A program made the position numbers and the translations under genes. 64,000 nt of DNA from a virus, in the IMG/VR virus record IMGVR_UViG_3300029286_002355, positions 64,001-128,000 of that record, one strand, 5' to 3'. Of the stretch, positions 28,031 to 37,856 are shown in pieces. Positions within the stretch are counted from its first letter, which is position 1, and each line of letters starts with the position of its first letter. Below the pieces are notes generated by a model that did no database searches, was not told the DNA's origin, and worked only from the letters and a program-made list of their open reading frames with translations.

Positions 28031-29207
28031 GTTTTTCCTCCTGTTCCCATTTATTTTTGACCCATACAATACATGAACGGGTTAATCCTGTCAATGAAAT
28101 TATTTCATCAACATCAAAAATGCCTGCACAAAGATATTTTCTTATCAATTGTTTTCGTTCATCTGCTATTTCTTTCCTAGATTTCACTTCAGTATTTATA
28201 TTCACTTTTGACCATTTTCTAGACATTATGGGCAACTTAAATTCAATAGCCTTCCGCTTCATTGCCTTAATTAACCTAACATCTGGAATTTCCCACTTAA
28301 CAGCCCTGTCTCGTTTTTCTAATGGCATATTTTCATAATGAACAATTCCAATGTGTTTTGCTTTTGAATTCTTTTCCAATCCAAAATATCCATACAAGAA
28401 TGGCTCGAATTGTTCAAATATCGACATCCAAGCTTTGTAGGCCGTATAGGTTACAAAAGGGAATTTACCATTTTTTTGCTGCTTTAACATAATGCAACCG
28501 TCTCCATCCGTATAGCCAACAATCAAGCAAAACAGTTCGTCAGGTTTCAAAGAGAATAGTTTTGTTGGAGGGTTATAGGTTTTAACTTGTGACGATTCTA
28601 ACCCCATCTTATCCATCAGGGTTCTAATGGTGACTATATCGTTAACATGAACACCCAATGCATCATGCGTTTCGTCTTTTACAACGACATTAACTGTTGC
28701 ATTTATGAATTTTGCAAACTTTCGCACAGATGACAAATCTTTCCTTGCCAATGTAAACTTCAATGCGTTATACTGCTTATCGTATTTTTTGCTTTTATCT
28801 CCACTAAAGCATCCATCGGCTAGAATAAATCCTATCCAATAATAAGATTCTGGTGAATTATCTAATATTCTTTTTAGATTGTTATTGGTTGTTTTTTCTA
28901 CTGGCCTTACTCGATACTTATTCATTCGTGCATAAACATTCGAATATTTCAGATTTAATTCTTTTGCAACATCTGATGGGGATTTTGTCTTTAAAAGATC
29001 AAGAATCTTTTCATCTATGGATTTTATTTTCACCCAATGTCCACTTCGGCTTAATCCATAATGCCTTGCTGTGGTATTGATTCCATTCCAACTTCTATTT
29101 GGGAACAAACTAATTAACGCCTGTTTACTTTCTGTTGGGAACTTTTCTTTAAGAAGCAGTAAATCTTCTTTAGACCATCGTGATTTAATATACGCTGTAT
29201 TATTCAT
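28020..29207 (-). CDS. Double-motif LAGLIDADG homing endonuclease with HTH repeats
   Basis: YWIGFILADG and LIVGYTDGDG; N-terminal WSKEDL..LK..RSW.GI HTH. Confidence 0.88.
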   Translation of the reverse strand: MNNTAYIKSRWSKEDLLLLKEKFPTESKQALISLFPNRSWNGINTTARHYGLSRSGHWVKIKSIDEKILDLLKTKSPSDVAKELNLKYSNVYARMNKYRVRPVEKTTNNNLKRILDNSPESYYWIGFILADGCFSGDKSKKYDKQYNALKFTLARKDLSSVRKFAKFINATVNVVVKDETHDALGVHVNDIVTIRTLMDKMGLESSQVKTYNPPTKLFSLKPDELFCLIVGYTDGDGCIMLKQQKNGKFPFVTYTAYKAWMSIFEQFEPFLYGYFGLEKNSKAKHIGIVHYENMPLEKRDRAVKWEIPDVRLIKAMKRKAIEFKLPIMSRKWSKVNINTEVKSRKEIADERKQLIRKYLCAGIFDVDEIISLTGLTRSCIVWVKNKWEQEEKHVA

Positions 29208-29352
29208 GGCATATTATTCTATATTCATTGTAATATTCCTGCATAAATTTACAAAAATATTTTTCGCCATTTTGCCAGTACATTCGTGGCCACTTTTCCC
29301 ATCCCCTCTTGATTTTCTTTTCAAAGGCTCTTTTTATAGCATGTTGAAGCAT
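29200..29352 (-). pseudogene. Remnant 5' end of the HAD-like gene fused to unrelated sequence (50 codons)
   Basis: MLQHAIKRAFEKKIKRGWEKWPRMYW versus HAD MSLKNAIVRAFDKKKKR...WKYPMYW; has AGGAG RBS and the sigma70 promoter. Confidence 0.75.
29216..29240 (-). promoter_or_regulatory. Sigma-H-like promoter AGGAATA-11-ATAGAAT
   Basis: Directly upstream of the LAGLIDADG ATG at 29207. Confidence 0.7.
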
Positions 29353-29375
29353 TGTATTCTCCTATTGTTTCGAGC

Positions 29376-29403
29376 ATTGTAACAGATTGGGAAAGAAAGT
29401 CAA
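29376..29403 (-). promoter_or_regulatory. Sigma70-type promoter TTGACT-16-TACAAT
   Basis: Shares TTGACTTT and AATCTGTTACAATG with the pncB promoter. Confidence 0.7.
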
Positions 29404-29409
29404 GGGAAA

Positions 29410-29760
29410 TCAATCTATGTCCCAATTCTGCTGACCGCATATGGGGCACTTCAATTGATCTTTTTTGGCCTTAAATTCATCATATGTTTTAACTAGCATT
29501 TTTCGAATTCTTTTGGCTCTACGCTCTAATTCCCAAGCCACATAATCAGTTCCAGTGCAATAAGTTTTTCCTTTATCATCTATGTGCATTGGAATAAGAA
29601 GATTTTCTCTAAAAAATGATATGTCAAAATATAGTTTTTCTATCATTAAATCTTGGAACCAATGCATATCTTGGTTAAAATTAACTGGATTATAATATTT
29701 ATCCCAGAAATCATCTTGAGACCAATGACAATTTTTTGTGTGACAGTGTAAATAAGCCAT
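29410..29760 (-). CDS. Hypothetical Zn-binding protein
   Basis: N-terminal CHTKNC and C-terminal CPICG. Confidence 0.6.
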   Translation of the reverse strand: MAYLHCHTKNCHWSQDDFWDKYYNPVNFNQDMHWFQDLMIEKLYFDISFFRENLLIPMHIDDKGKTYCTGTDYVAWELERRAKRIRKMLVKTYDEFKAKKDQLKCPICGQQNWDID

Positions 29761-29770
29761 AATTCTCCCT

Positions 29771-30676
29771 TTATTCCAACCATTTAGGAATTGGCAAACC
29801 GCTTTTTGTTCTAACTACTTCGGCAATAGAAGATAAACGATCTTCTGATTTAGAATGATATTTAGGAGACATTTCTATACCTATGTAATGCCGCTTCATT
29901 TTCTTAGCAACCGCACAACTTGTTCCACTTCCTGAAAAAGGATCTAAAACAATATCGTCTTCGTAGGTAAGTTGATCTATTAACCTACAAGGAAGTTCTT
30001 CGGGAAAGCAAGCTGGATGATCGTACTTTTTCATCATTTGTCCTTCGCAAGGGAAAGACCATAATGCTCTTGAATTTCTGATAAAGTTTTCTTTAGATAC
30101 GGTTATTTTAGACTTATCTCCTTCGTGCTTTAGTGTTCCTTTACTAACAACAATGATAAACTCGAATTGTGTAGGGAAAGATGGGCAGGAGGGACTTTGC
30201 CAAGACCCCCAAGCGGTAGAAGCTCCTATTTGATTTTTATCCCATACTATTGTGGTCATCATTTGAAAGGGTTTATAAATTTCTGGAGCATCTTGCCAAT
30301 CATTTCCGCTATCAACAACAAAACAACCACGACAGATTTCCCTAGTTAACATATGGGTAAAATCTGCATGGGATGGAACAGAACCATTGGCTCCATCTCC
30401 AATGTTTATACAAAGTCTACCCCCAACCTTAAGAACCCTATTGCATTGATAGAATAATTTCTTCATCCAGTTCAAATAGTCTTCATAAGGCATATTATCA
30501 TCATAGGAATCATAGCTATCAACTTTGTGCTTATTACCCACTCCCAATGAAACGTTGTACGGAGGACTTGTAACAATAAGGTCAACAGAACAGGCCGGGA
30601 TAGAGGGCATAACATCTTCCCATTTGCCAAGGTGAATTTTATCAATTATTTCTTCTATAGTTTTCATATTACCCAC
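29771..30676 (-). CDS. Orphan DNA methyltransferase, beta class (N4-C/N6-A)
   Basis: IVTSPPY before HPACFP and VLDPFSGSGT. Confidence 0.92.
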   Translation of the reverse strand: MGNMKTIEEIIDKIHLGKWEDVMPSIPACSVDLIVTSPPYNVSLGVGNKHKVDSYDSYDDNMPYEDYLNWMKKLFYQCNRVLKVGGRLCINIGDGANGSVPSHADFTHMLTREICRGCFVVDSGNDWQDAPEIYKPFQMMTTIVWDKNQIGASTAWGSWQSPSCPSFPTQFEFIIVVSKGTLKHEGDKSKITVSKENFIRNSRALWSFPCEGQMMKKYDHPACFPEELPCRLIDQLTYEDDIVLDPFSGSGTSCAVAKKMKRHYIGIEMSPKYHSKSEDRLSSIAEVVRTKSGLPIPKWLE

Positions 30677-31191
30677 AGCGATGTATCCAAGATGCCATTA
30701 TTTACTTTATTCAAGTAAATAAGCATTTCGTTCCATTCAGAAAAGAAATGGTGCTCCTTAATAAACGTTGCCATCCAAGGGTTAAAATCATTTAACTGCT
30801 TTTTTTCATACTTAAGTAAAATTACTTTTTTCTCAAAAGTCGCAACCACCAATTCATGAATACTACCCACCATAGGAACTAATGGATCGTAGTTAAATAT
30901 AATAAAATCGCAATGATCTACCATCCTTAGATCACATCTGACAATCGGCCAAAACCCTCGTTTAACCTCTCCCCAGTCTCCTGAATTAACTAGGTCTCGA
31001 AATTTTTGTTTGTTTTTACCCACTTCGCTGAGATCAACACTCCCGTTTACTATTTTTTTACATGGATCAAGAACTTCCATACCATAACGATATAACGATG
31101 GTGTAATTTCATCTCGCCATATTGTCCCATCATCGTTAACCGAATGGATGGGGCCGGTCAAATAAACTTTTTTACCTTTTAAATAATTCAT
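30664..31191 (-). CDS. Nucleoside 2-deoxyribosyltransferase-like protein
   Basis: VYLTGPI, DLRMVDHCD, GSIHELVVA. Confidence 0.75.
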   Translation of the reverse strand: MNYLKGKKVYLTGPIHSVNDDGTIWRDEITPSLYRYGMEVLDPCKKIVNGSVDLSEVGKNKQKFRDLVNSGDWGEVKRGFWPIVRCDLRMVDHCDFIIFNYDPLVPMVGSIHELVVATFEKKVILLKYEKKQLNDFNPWMATFIKEHHFFSEWNEMLIYLNKVNNGILDTSLWVI

Positions 31192-31700
31192 ATAGCCTCG
31201 ATTGTAGCAATATTGTTAAGTTCTAATTCCTGTTTCCATTCATTAAATTCTTCTTTTGATACCATGGAATATAGATTATTATGAAAAGGTTCTATTTTTG
31301 CTCTTCCTAATGTTTTCGCCTTATCGCTAACATCTTTTGCTTCCTTCAATCCCATTCCTGTTCTTCTTCTGACCGCTCTTATAAAATCTATTGGCTTTAA
31401 AACTGATGTAACCATTATACAAAAATCACATACATAATGTCTTGGATCTGGTAAAACAACTGTATTGCACATAATTGGAAAATTAAGTTCTAATAAATGA
31501 ACTTCTCCTGTAACTTCCCTAATAGCCTTCCTTTCTTCTATTCTGCCATCCCCACCACAATCTAAGCTACCCCTACCTTTAGCTGCTTTTTCGGCCTGAT
31601 TTCTTTCTGTAAAAACTCCTATTAGATGTCCGTTTCCCACGTTACCATAATCCCCATATACAGCTAAAACATCTATTATTTGATTCATATTTTGATTCAT
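31188..31700 (-). CDS. Hypothetical protein with a C-terminal ribosomal L7/L12-CTD-like motif
   Basis: IDFIRAVRRRTGMGLKEAKD; likely start MNQN at 31700 after GGAGA. Confidence 0.55.
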   Translation of the reverse strand: MNQNMNQIIDVLAVYGDYGNVGNGHLIGVFTERNQAEKAAKGRGSLDCGGDGRIEERKAIREVTGEVHLLELNFPIMCNTVVLPDPRHYVCDFCIMVTSVLKPIDFIRAVRRRTGMGLKEAKDVSDKAKTLGRAKIEPFHNNLYSMVSKEEFNEWKQELELNNIATIEAI

Positions 31701-31719
31701 ATTTTGCTCTCCTAACAGG

Positions 31720-31974
31720 CTAGTTAACAGATTTGAAACGTTTCGCATCAGGGTTCTTGTCGTTCTGATGATATTTAAATTGATTGCAATTATTGGCATT
31801 ACTAAGAGTAAATGGACATTTGAATTTCGAAGAATCTTCCGTGTCCTCGTCAAATAATTCGTCAAATACTTTTTCTGCACAAAGGAGGCCATACGTTTCA
31901 TCGTCCAATTGATGACTGCAAAAAGTATGAGGACTATCCCAATACCCATAAGTGTTTTTGTCTATAAATTTCAT
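31720..31974 (-). CDS. Hypothetical Cys-rich protein
   Basis: 84 aa, ATGA-coupled to the IMPDH/GMPR gene. Confidence 0.55.
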   Translation of the reverse strand: MKFIDKNTYGYWDSPHTFCSHQLDDETYGLLCAEKVFDELFDEDTEDSSKFKCPFTLSNANNCNQFKYHQNDKNPDAKRFKSVN

Positions 31975-33014
31975 ATTTTGCTCTCCAATCTGGCTCCACC
32001 GCTAATCTCTATTAACACTGATTTTTCTTGGAATTCTTTTAGATTATTTGCGCCAGAATAAGAGAATGAAGATTGGAGATTTTCTTTAATCTTTTTCAAC
32101 AAATATCTCACATGCCCCCTAAACGGAACCATCTTAACAACTCCCTCTACGAAAGCATGTTTTCCTCCGTTTTCCACTTTTCTTTCCCCGCTAGCCGATC
32201 CGCCAAAAACCTTATAAAACTGACCATCGGGACTTTCATAAACGTTTCCGGGGGTTTCTGAAGCTCCTGCTATGAAACTTCCGATCATAACCGCATTAGC
32301 ATACTTCATGGCTTTAGCAATATCACCTGTAGTTTTAATACCGCCATCAGAAATCATAACGATATCTGGAATGGCTTGCCGTATATCTCGAATAGCAGAA
32401 AGTTGCGGAACTCCAACTCCTGTATTTTTTCTTGTTTGACATGCTTCGCCGGGGCCAATTCCAACCTTGATGATATCCGCCCCCCACTCTCTCAAATCTT
32501 TTGCTCCTTGAATAGTGGCAACATTCCCCGCTATGATTGTAACGTTTAGATGATTCCTAATCCTAATCCATTTTATCATATTCTTAACTAAAATGTGGTG
32601 ACCCTGAGCAACATCAATACAGAATATTCTTGCTCCTGCCTCGAAAAGTTCATAGAATCTGTGTTTATCATCCTCTTTTACCCCTATAGAAACGCCCACA
32701 TGTTTTGCTATTTCGTCATAAGTCATAGCAGGTTCTTCTTCTGAAAATTGATCAAACGTATTACGAAGCAGGTTTACTCCATATGGGTCGTTTGAATCTT
32801 GCGGATTTCGAAAACGATGAAGAATTCCCACTCCTCCAGCTCTATACATAGCATGACACATTTTTGGGCCTGTAACATCTTTCATGTTGGCAGATATTAC
32901 CGGGAGACTCAACTTAAATTTACCCATATCAGAGCTTAGATCAACACTAGATCGAGACATAACCTCGGAATATTGAGGCTCGAAAAGAACATCGCTAAAC
33001 GTTATTGCAGACAT
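31971..33014 (-). CDS. IMP dehydrogenase/GMP reductase family protein without CBS domains
   Basis: SANM, IDVAQGH, AGNVAT, KVGIGPG..C.TR, DGGIK, VMIGS, EG; GSAS flap resembles type-2 GMP reductase. Confidence 0.88.
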   Translation of the reverse strand: MSAITFSDVLFEPQYSEVMSRSSVDLSSDMGKFKLSLPVISANMKDVTGPKMCHAMYRAGGVGILHRFRNPQDSNDPYGVNLLRNTFDQFSEEEPAMTYDEIAKHVGVSIGVKEDDKHRFYELFEAGARIFCIDVAQGHHILVKNMIKWIRIRNHLNVTIIAGNVATIQGAKDLREWGADIIKVGIGPGEACQTRKNTGVGVPQLSAIRDIRQAIPDIVMISDGGIKTTGDIAKAMKYANAVMIGSFIAGASETPGNVYESPDGQFYKVFGGSASGERKVENGGKHAFVEGVVKMVPFRGHVRYLLKKIKENLQSSFSYSGANNLKEFQEKSVLIEISGGARLESKI

Positions 33015-33037
33015 AGTTTCTCCTTTGATTTACTTAC

Positions 33038-33052
33038 AGAGATATTATACAG
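33038..33052 (-). promoter_or_regulatory. Extended -10 promoter CTGTATAATATCTCT
   Basis: Repeated motif upstream of IMPDH/GMPR. Confidence 0.7.
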
Positions 33053-33058
33053 ACAAAA

Positions 33059-34090
33059 TTAAAGTTCCAAGCTACCAATCGTTCCTTTTGCAGGCGATTG
33101 GAAAGCATCTTCTGGCAACTCATTAAGATGTTCTTCTACTGAACGAAGACATTCAACCTCTTTTATTTCATCAATTTCTTTACGTATTCCATTCATCATC
33201 TCGTCGGTAAAAGAACAGTCTTTTTCAATTTTATAGATGAATCCACTCTGGTTGCGCACCGTATTGCCGTTGATTTCTTTGATTAGAAGTCTTGGATCAA
33301 TAAGTTTTTGCTTAAGAACATGGGAAACCCAATCTTTAGGCATAAAATATTCTTCGGAAGAAATAGAAGTAATATATTTAGTTGCAAACTTACTTCCTTT
33401 CCTTTCGATAACTATATCATGCGCTAACATTCCGCTTATTTTTTTACGGTTAGCCTCTTGCTCGCTCTTAGAAGATTCTGCAACGGCACGGAAAATATCC
33501 CTGCATAGACTTAACGGGAAACAAACAATAAATATACGGTTGGGAGAATTACTAGTTCTACTTCCGAACTGCTCTATAAGAAAAACATTAGAAAATAAAC
33601 AAGGTTGCCATCCTTCAGCAGTTACCAACCTGAATAGTTCCATCAATGTTTCTCTGCTTTTAATGCCTTGTTTATCTACAGAGCTTATCCCATCTAAGAT
33701 ATTTATGAAAGTATTTTTGCTATCATTCAGTGAATAGGATAATTCTTTATGTTGTTTTGGTTTATTCAATGGCTTTTCGGCAGGAACTTGACTGGCTAGC
33801 CCCCTTGCTATATTCAGAAACAACGACATATCTCCACGCAGACACTTCATTAGGTCGTTACTGGACATTATTTCGGCTAGATGTAACTCAGGAGAAATGT
33901 AGACTCTTTTACCCCTATATAATCCCCCCATGAGTCTAAATTTACTCGTGGTATCGGGATAAAAAACCAGCATTTTTGATATGGCAGAGCAAGAACCATA
34001 AAGGTCATTCCATAAATCAGAGCAGGTCTTTGGAATGGAAATTTCTTCAATAGTGTTTAAAACAGCTAAGTTGTTTATGTCTTTACTCAT
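33059..34090 (-). CDS. Hypothetical protein ending TIGSLEL
   Basis: 343 aa ORF. Confidence 0.65.
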   Translation of the reverse strand: MSKDINNLAVLNTIEEISIPKTCSDLWNDLYGSCSAISKMLVFYPDTTSKFRLMGGLYRGKRVYISPELHLAEIMSSNDLMKCLRGDMSLFLNIARGLASQVPAEKPLNKPKQHKELSYSLNDSKNTFINILDGISSVDKQGIKSRETLMELFRLVTAEGWQPCLFSNVFLIEQFGSRTSNSPNRIFIVCFPLSLCRDIFRAVAESSKSEQEANRKKISGMLAHDIVIERKGSKFATKYITSISSEEYFMPKDWVSHVLKQKLIDPRLLIKEINGNTVRNQSGFIYKIEKDCSFTDEMMNGIRKEIDEIKEVECLRSVEEHLNELPEDAFQSPAKGTIGSLEL

Positions 34091-34106
34091 GATTTCTAAC
34101 GTTGGG

Positions 34107-34856
34107 CTATTGCGATTTTATACTAAGTGCTTCTAGACGGTACATAATATTCTTTACAATCTCTCTTTCTTTGTCTGTTTTGACTTCACTAAATGCATCT
34201 GTAAAGACTTTGGCAAATTCATCCGTTGGTATATTAACGATCTCTCCATTGTTTTTCATTTCTCCAAGAATAGAAGCTTGAAGTTTTAACAAGTTGGTGA
34301 GGACTCCCATTTGTCTAGCGGTTTCCACACTCTTTATCTTTTCAACTTCTGTTATGCTTTCTTCTGTAGTTGGAACGATACTGTTAACCCCCATTAATCT
34401 TTCTGTAATAATAGCATAGCTGGTTGCAATGCGATCCATCGTGGTCAAATTATTGCTAGAAAGCCTCTTAATCCTATTAGCATATTCAACCTTTTGAATT
34501 TCTTTTATAGCCTCATCATAATGAAAAGACATATGGTTTTCAATAACACTTTTAGCTATATTTAATCCCGATTTGTCTTTAAATAGCTTTTGAGCTTCTG
34601 CAAAGTTTTTGTTTTTTAAGAAGTTTTGTTCTATTTCCTCTCTAAATTGGCTGGAGCATAGAATACAAGTTGGCTCATAAAGAACGGAATTGTCGCCAAG
34701 GTTTATTGCCTGAGCAAAAATCTTTTCAACCTTATCCTTTGCCCCACTTGGATTATGTAGGGTTTCTAGGGCTGTTGGAACCGATTCTTGTTTAAGAGGC
34801 TCAATAGATTCGGTTGACTCAATTGATTCATCTAACGGATCATCTTTTTTGCTCAT
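34107..34856 (-). CDS. Hypothetical protein, possible terminase small subunit-like
   Basis: CILC...ENHMSFH Zn/HTH pattern followed by a helical region; likely start 34856. Confidence 0.35.
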   Translation of the reverse strand: MSKKDDPLDESIESTESIEPLKQESVPTALETLHNPSGAKDKVEKIFAQAINLGDNSVLYEPTCILCSSQFREEIEQNFLKNKNFAEAQKLFKDKSGLNIAKSVIENHMSFHYDEAIKEIQKVEYANRIKRLSSNNLTTMDRIATSYAIITERLMGVNSIVPTTEESITEVEKIKSVETARQMGVLTNLLKLQASILGEMKNNGEIVNIPTDEFAKVFTDAFSEVKTDKEREIVKNIMYRLEALSIKSQ

Positions 34857-34992
34857 ATCAATCCCAATTGCATTATTTTCAGTAACCCGCAAATAGCCAC
34901 TTGACAAAATAAGTCATAACAAGGAGCCCAATAGTAAAAATAGTATTTTATGCTTTTCATGTTGGTATTATACATGATTTTGGCATTTGATT

Positions 34993-35250
34993 TTAGATAT
35001 TTTGGACTATATCTTGAGCTATATCCAGAATCAAGTAATGAAGAGTTAGGGGGCGGCTATCAATTAATACACTATAAAAATTTTCTATCTTTTGTTCTGG
35101 TAAATGAAAATTCTTATTCCGTGCATAGATTTGCAAGGCTGTCATAACGTCTTTGGCAACTTCTTTTCTTTGAGAAACCACAATAAGGTCATTAATGTTA
35201 TTAAGAAGGGTCAATACGGAGCGAACTGTTGGAGTAATTGTTTTAGGCAT
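34993..35250 (-). CDS. Hypothetical protein
   Basis: 85 aa in a co-oriented run. Confidence 0.55.
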   Translation of the reverse strand: MPKTITPTVRSVLTLLNNINDLIVVSQRKEVAKDVMTALQIYARNKNFHLPEQKIENFYSVLIDSRPLTLHYLILDIAQDIVQNI

Positions 35251-35273
35251 TTTTATATACCTGTATTGTTTAC

Positions 35274-35705
35274 CTAATCTACTTTTTCTACGCTAATTAA
35301 TCTAAGTTCGCTATTGCTGTCTAAGTTCCCCACAACCTCTTCAGATTTTTCCCATGCTTCGTTTTCGTTGGAAGCAAATATTTTTTTGCCTACATCGTAA
35401 GAACCTAGTACCGTTCCATAGGCGTCTTCAAACTGGAAACTATATTCGTTTAAACCACCACCTTTTTCAACATCTGATTGAACCATCTCGACATAATTCT
35501 TAGCAGCAGCACGTGACAATCCCTCAATAACCAATAACTCTTCGCATTCTTCGGAATCTAGGCCATCTTGTATAAAAATAGCTGTCTTTGCCATCCACTT
35601 TTTATGGTCGGAAATGGCATTTTTGGTTTGTTGACGCAAAGATCTGTATAGACTTTGGACAAACTGACTCTTGCTTAGATCTTCATTTGTAGAACTTATC
35701 TTCAT
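35274..35705 (-). CDS. Hypothetical protein (putative late gene)
   Basis: 143 aa, preceded by a sigma-H-like promoter. Confidence 0.6.
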   Translation of the reverse strand: MKISSTNEDLSKSQFVQSLYRSLRQQTKNAISDHKKWMAKTAIFIQDGLDSEECEELLVIEGLSRAAAKNYVEMVQSDVEKGGGLNEYSFQFEDAYGTVLGSYDVGKKIFASNENEAWEKSEEVVGNLDSNSELRLISVEKVD

Positions 35706-35713
35706 ATTAACAT

Positions 35714-35739
35714 ATTCTGCAAACCATATCTTAAATCCT
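35714..35739 (-). promoter_or_regulatory. Sigma-H-like promoter AGGATTT-12-GCAGAAT
   Basis: Full consensus match. Confidence 0.65.
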
Positions 35740-35743
35740 TCTA

Positions 35744-36613
35744 CTATTTGGATTCAGATAGTGGAAAACCAATATCATCATCATCATTATTCTTTGTGAT
35801 ATTGTCATTCTCCTTGTTTGCAGAATCGTTTTTTGAAGATTCTGTGGAAACGGCATCTGTTTTTATCTTACTCTCTTCTAGCTGGTAGTGAATACCATAG
35901 CGTCCGGAAGATGTTTTATCTACCCATTTATTGTCTTCGAAAGTTTTAATTGACATTTTCCCACCACGAGGCGTATAAATATAATCAATAGCTTCATTCC
36001 CACTCCAATATTCTGATTGAATATAGCCCGTAACCTTGTATTGGGTTTCGTTACTTTTACCTTCAAAAACAATATGAATTTCTTTGCCTTTGCTCCCGCT
36101 CTTGATCTTTGCTTCTTTAACTTCTCCTAAGCGATAACATTGAACAGTACGAGAAATAACTTGTTCTAGGTTTTTATTGAGATCGGGCATTTCCAAACCA
36201 GAAACATGATTAAGTGGTTCGAAATCTTCTACTTCTCCACCTGCGATTCGGATACAACTTCCAACCCTACTAATTTGATCGGTTAATACGTTGCCCACTC
36301 CCGAATTTATTCCGCATCCCTCAAACGCCTTGATAAGTTCTTCTCTAACATCATAAAGAGCCAGAAGTATTTTCTCTGCTCCCGCCATGGCAACAGGCTT
36401 ACCATCTTGAGCAACCTGTCTACTGCCCACTCTCGCTACGGTAGCAATATCTCCATGTCCCTCTATTTCTTTGGTTACTTCTTGTACCTTTTGTTCGGAA
36501 GGATTTCCCATATAAGTACGCAATCCCTCTTCCAGTAAATCATCGGTTTTAAGTGGCTCCATTTTTCTACCAACCAATTGCGCCAATATTTCTTGTTCTG
36601 TCATTTCGGGCAT
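35744..36613 (-). CDS. Hypothetical protein
   Basis: 289 aa, AAGGAG RBS, acidic tail. Confidence 0.65.
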   Translation of the reverse strand: MPEMTEQEILAQLVGRKMEPLKTDDLLEEGLRTYMGNPSEQKVQEVTKEIEGHGDIATVARVGSRQVAQDGKPVAMAGAEKILLALYDVREELIKAFEGCGINSGVGNVLTDQISRVGSCIRIAGGEVEDFEPLNHVSGLEMPDLNKNLEQVISRTVQCYRLGEVKEAKIKSGSKGKEIHIVFEGKSNETQYKVTGYIQSEYWSGNEAIDYIYTPRGGKMSIKTFEDNKWVDKTSSGRYGIHYQLEESKIKTDAVSTESSKNDSANKENDNITKNNDDDDIGFPLSESK

Positions 36614-36623
36614 ATATTACTCC

Positions 36624-36866
36624 TTATGCATTAATTTCAGTAGTCAAATCATCTACCCCGCAATTAGGGCAACCATTTATCGTTAAAAGTTCAGAAGCTA
36701 CAAAACCACATCCTGCACATTGAACCACATTCGCCCCATAATTTTTTTGATCGGAAATAGCAGCCTCAATAGCTTTTACTCCTGATTCATGGAGGACTCT
36801 TTTAGATGATGTTTTCCCTATGGCCCTCTGTCTTTGAAAAATTGGTATGGCTTCTTGAATATTCAT
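36624..36866 (-). CDS. Small rubredoxin-like Zn-ribbon protein
   Basis: CAGCG...CPNCG. Confidence 0.65.
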   Translation of the reverse strand: MNIQEAIPIFQRQRAIGKTSSKRVLHESGVKAIEAAISDQKNYGANVVQCAGCGFVASELLTINGCPNCGVDDLTTEINA

Positions 36867-36877
36867 TTACCCTTATG

Positions 36878-36902
36878 TTTCTTTCTTATTATACAATTTC
36901 CT
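36878..36902 (-). promoter_or_regulatory. Overlapping sigma-H-like (AGGAAAT-11-AAAGAAA) and TGTATAAT promoters
   Basis: Both motifs nested upstream of 36866. Confidence 0.5.
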
Positions 36903-36973
36903 TGAACTTTTAGCACAAAAATATCATTCAGTGGATGGAAATTATTGTATAATGGTGATAATGGATTTGTTAT

Positions 36974-37534
36974 ATGAGCAAACGTAAAAACAGTAAAAAA
37001 AAGCTAGAATCAATTCCGAAGATAAACCGGAGACTATTTAAGCTATGGAGCGAAGCCGTTAGAGATAAAGCCGGAAACAAATGCGAGTTTTGCGGAAAAT
37101 CTAAAAACGAAGACAATGGGCATGGGATAATAAATAAGCTTGATAGCCATCACGTTTTATCTAGAAAAATCAAAGATTGCCCTTTAAAATTCGACATTAG
37201 AAACGGGGTGCTTGTAGACCCATTTCATCATAAATGGGGTATTCCTAGCTTCCACAGAGATCCTGTTACTACAATAACATGGCTTCAAAAAAATAAACCA
37301 GCTAGCTATGAATTTATTCTAAAAAACTCAACAGTTACAGTGGATTTAGACAATAGGTGTGTCTTAGAAGAAATTGAAAAAAGATTAATGGAAAAAGAAG
37401 CTTTAGATATTGATAAGTTGAAAGAAATAGAAGAGAAATTCCCTAGACAGCCAAAGAAAGAACCCACTACCAATATTGCAGATGTCCTAAGAAGAGAAGA
37501 ACCTAAACCTCAAGAGAACCCACAGGAGATGTAG
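36974..37534 (+). CDS. NinG/Rap-like HNH-type endonuclease
   Basis: LWSEAVR...CEFCG...SHHVLSR..LKFDIRNG. Confidence 0.75.
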   Translation: MSKRKNSKKKLESIPKINRRLFKLWSEAVRDKAGNKCEFCGKSKNEDNGHGIINKLDSHHVLSRKIKDCPLKFDIRNGVLVDPFHHKWGIPSFHRDPVTTITWLQKNKPASYEFILKNSTVTVDLDNRCVLEEIEKRLMEKEALDIDKLKEIEEKFPRQPKKEPTTNIADVLRREEPKPQENPQEM

Positions 37535-37856
37535 GTTCCTGAGTAGAAGAATTACTTATTTCATCATTCGTCCAACCATTCAGTGCATGACCATTGGGAT
37601 CTTTTTCGCTAAAATCTCCGTGTAAAATTACCTTGAGAACTCCGCATCCGCCACTTATAGATTCTATACGAAACACTCCACCATTGTAACAAACTGGCAT
37701 GTTTTTACATATGGATTGGCACTTGTTATGGTTTTCATTTTTACATATGTCATTTATATTGCAGGACAACTTTATGGATGCCGAAAGCACCTTCTGGTTC
37801 TTGGAATATTTCTCATCGTCCAAAACCATACAAGTAAGATCGGCGTAATCATTCAT
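37503..37856 (-). CDS. Hypothetical protein ending PVGSLEV
   Basis: 117 aa, ATGA-coupled. Confidence 0.6.
   Translation of the reverse strand: MNDYADLTCMVLDDEKYSKNQKVLSASIKLSCNINDICKNENHNKCQSICKNMPVCYNGGVFRIESISGGCGVLKVILHGDFSEKDPNGHALNGWTNDEISNSSTQEPTSPVGSLEV

Noticed and set aside
31701-31949. N-terminal 83 aa of track ORF 31188..31949
   Set aside because: Overlaps the 84 aa gene 31720..31974 in another frame; RBS GGAGA supports a start at 31700
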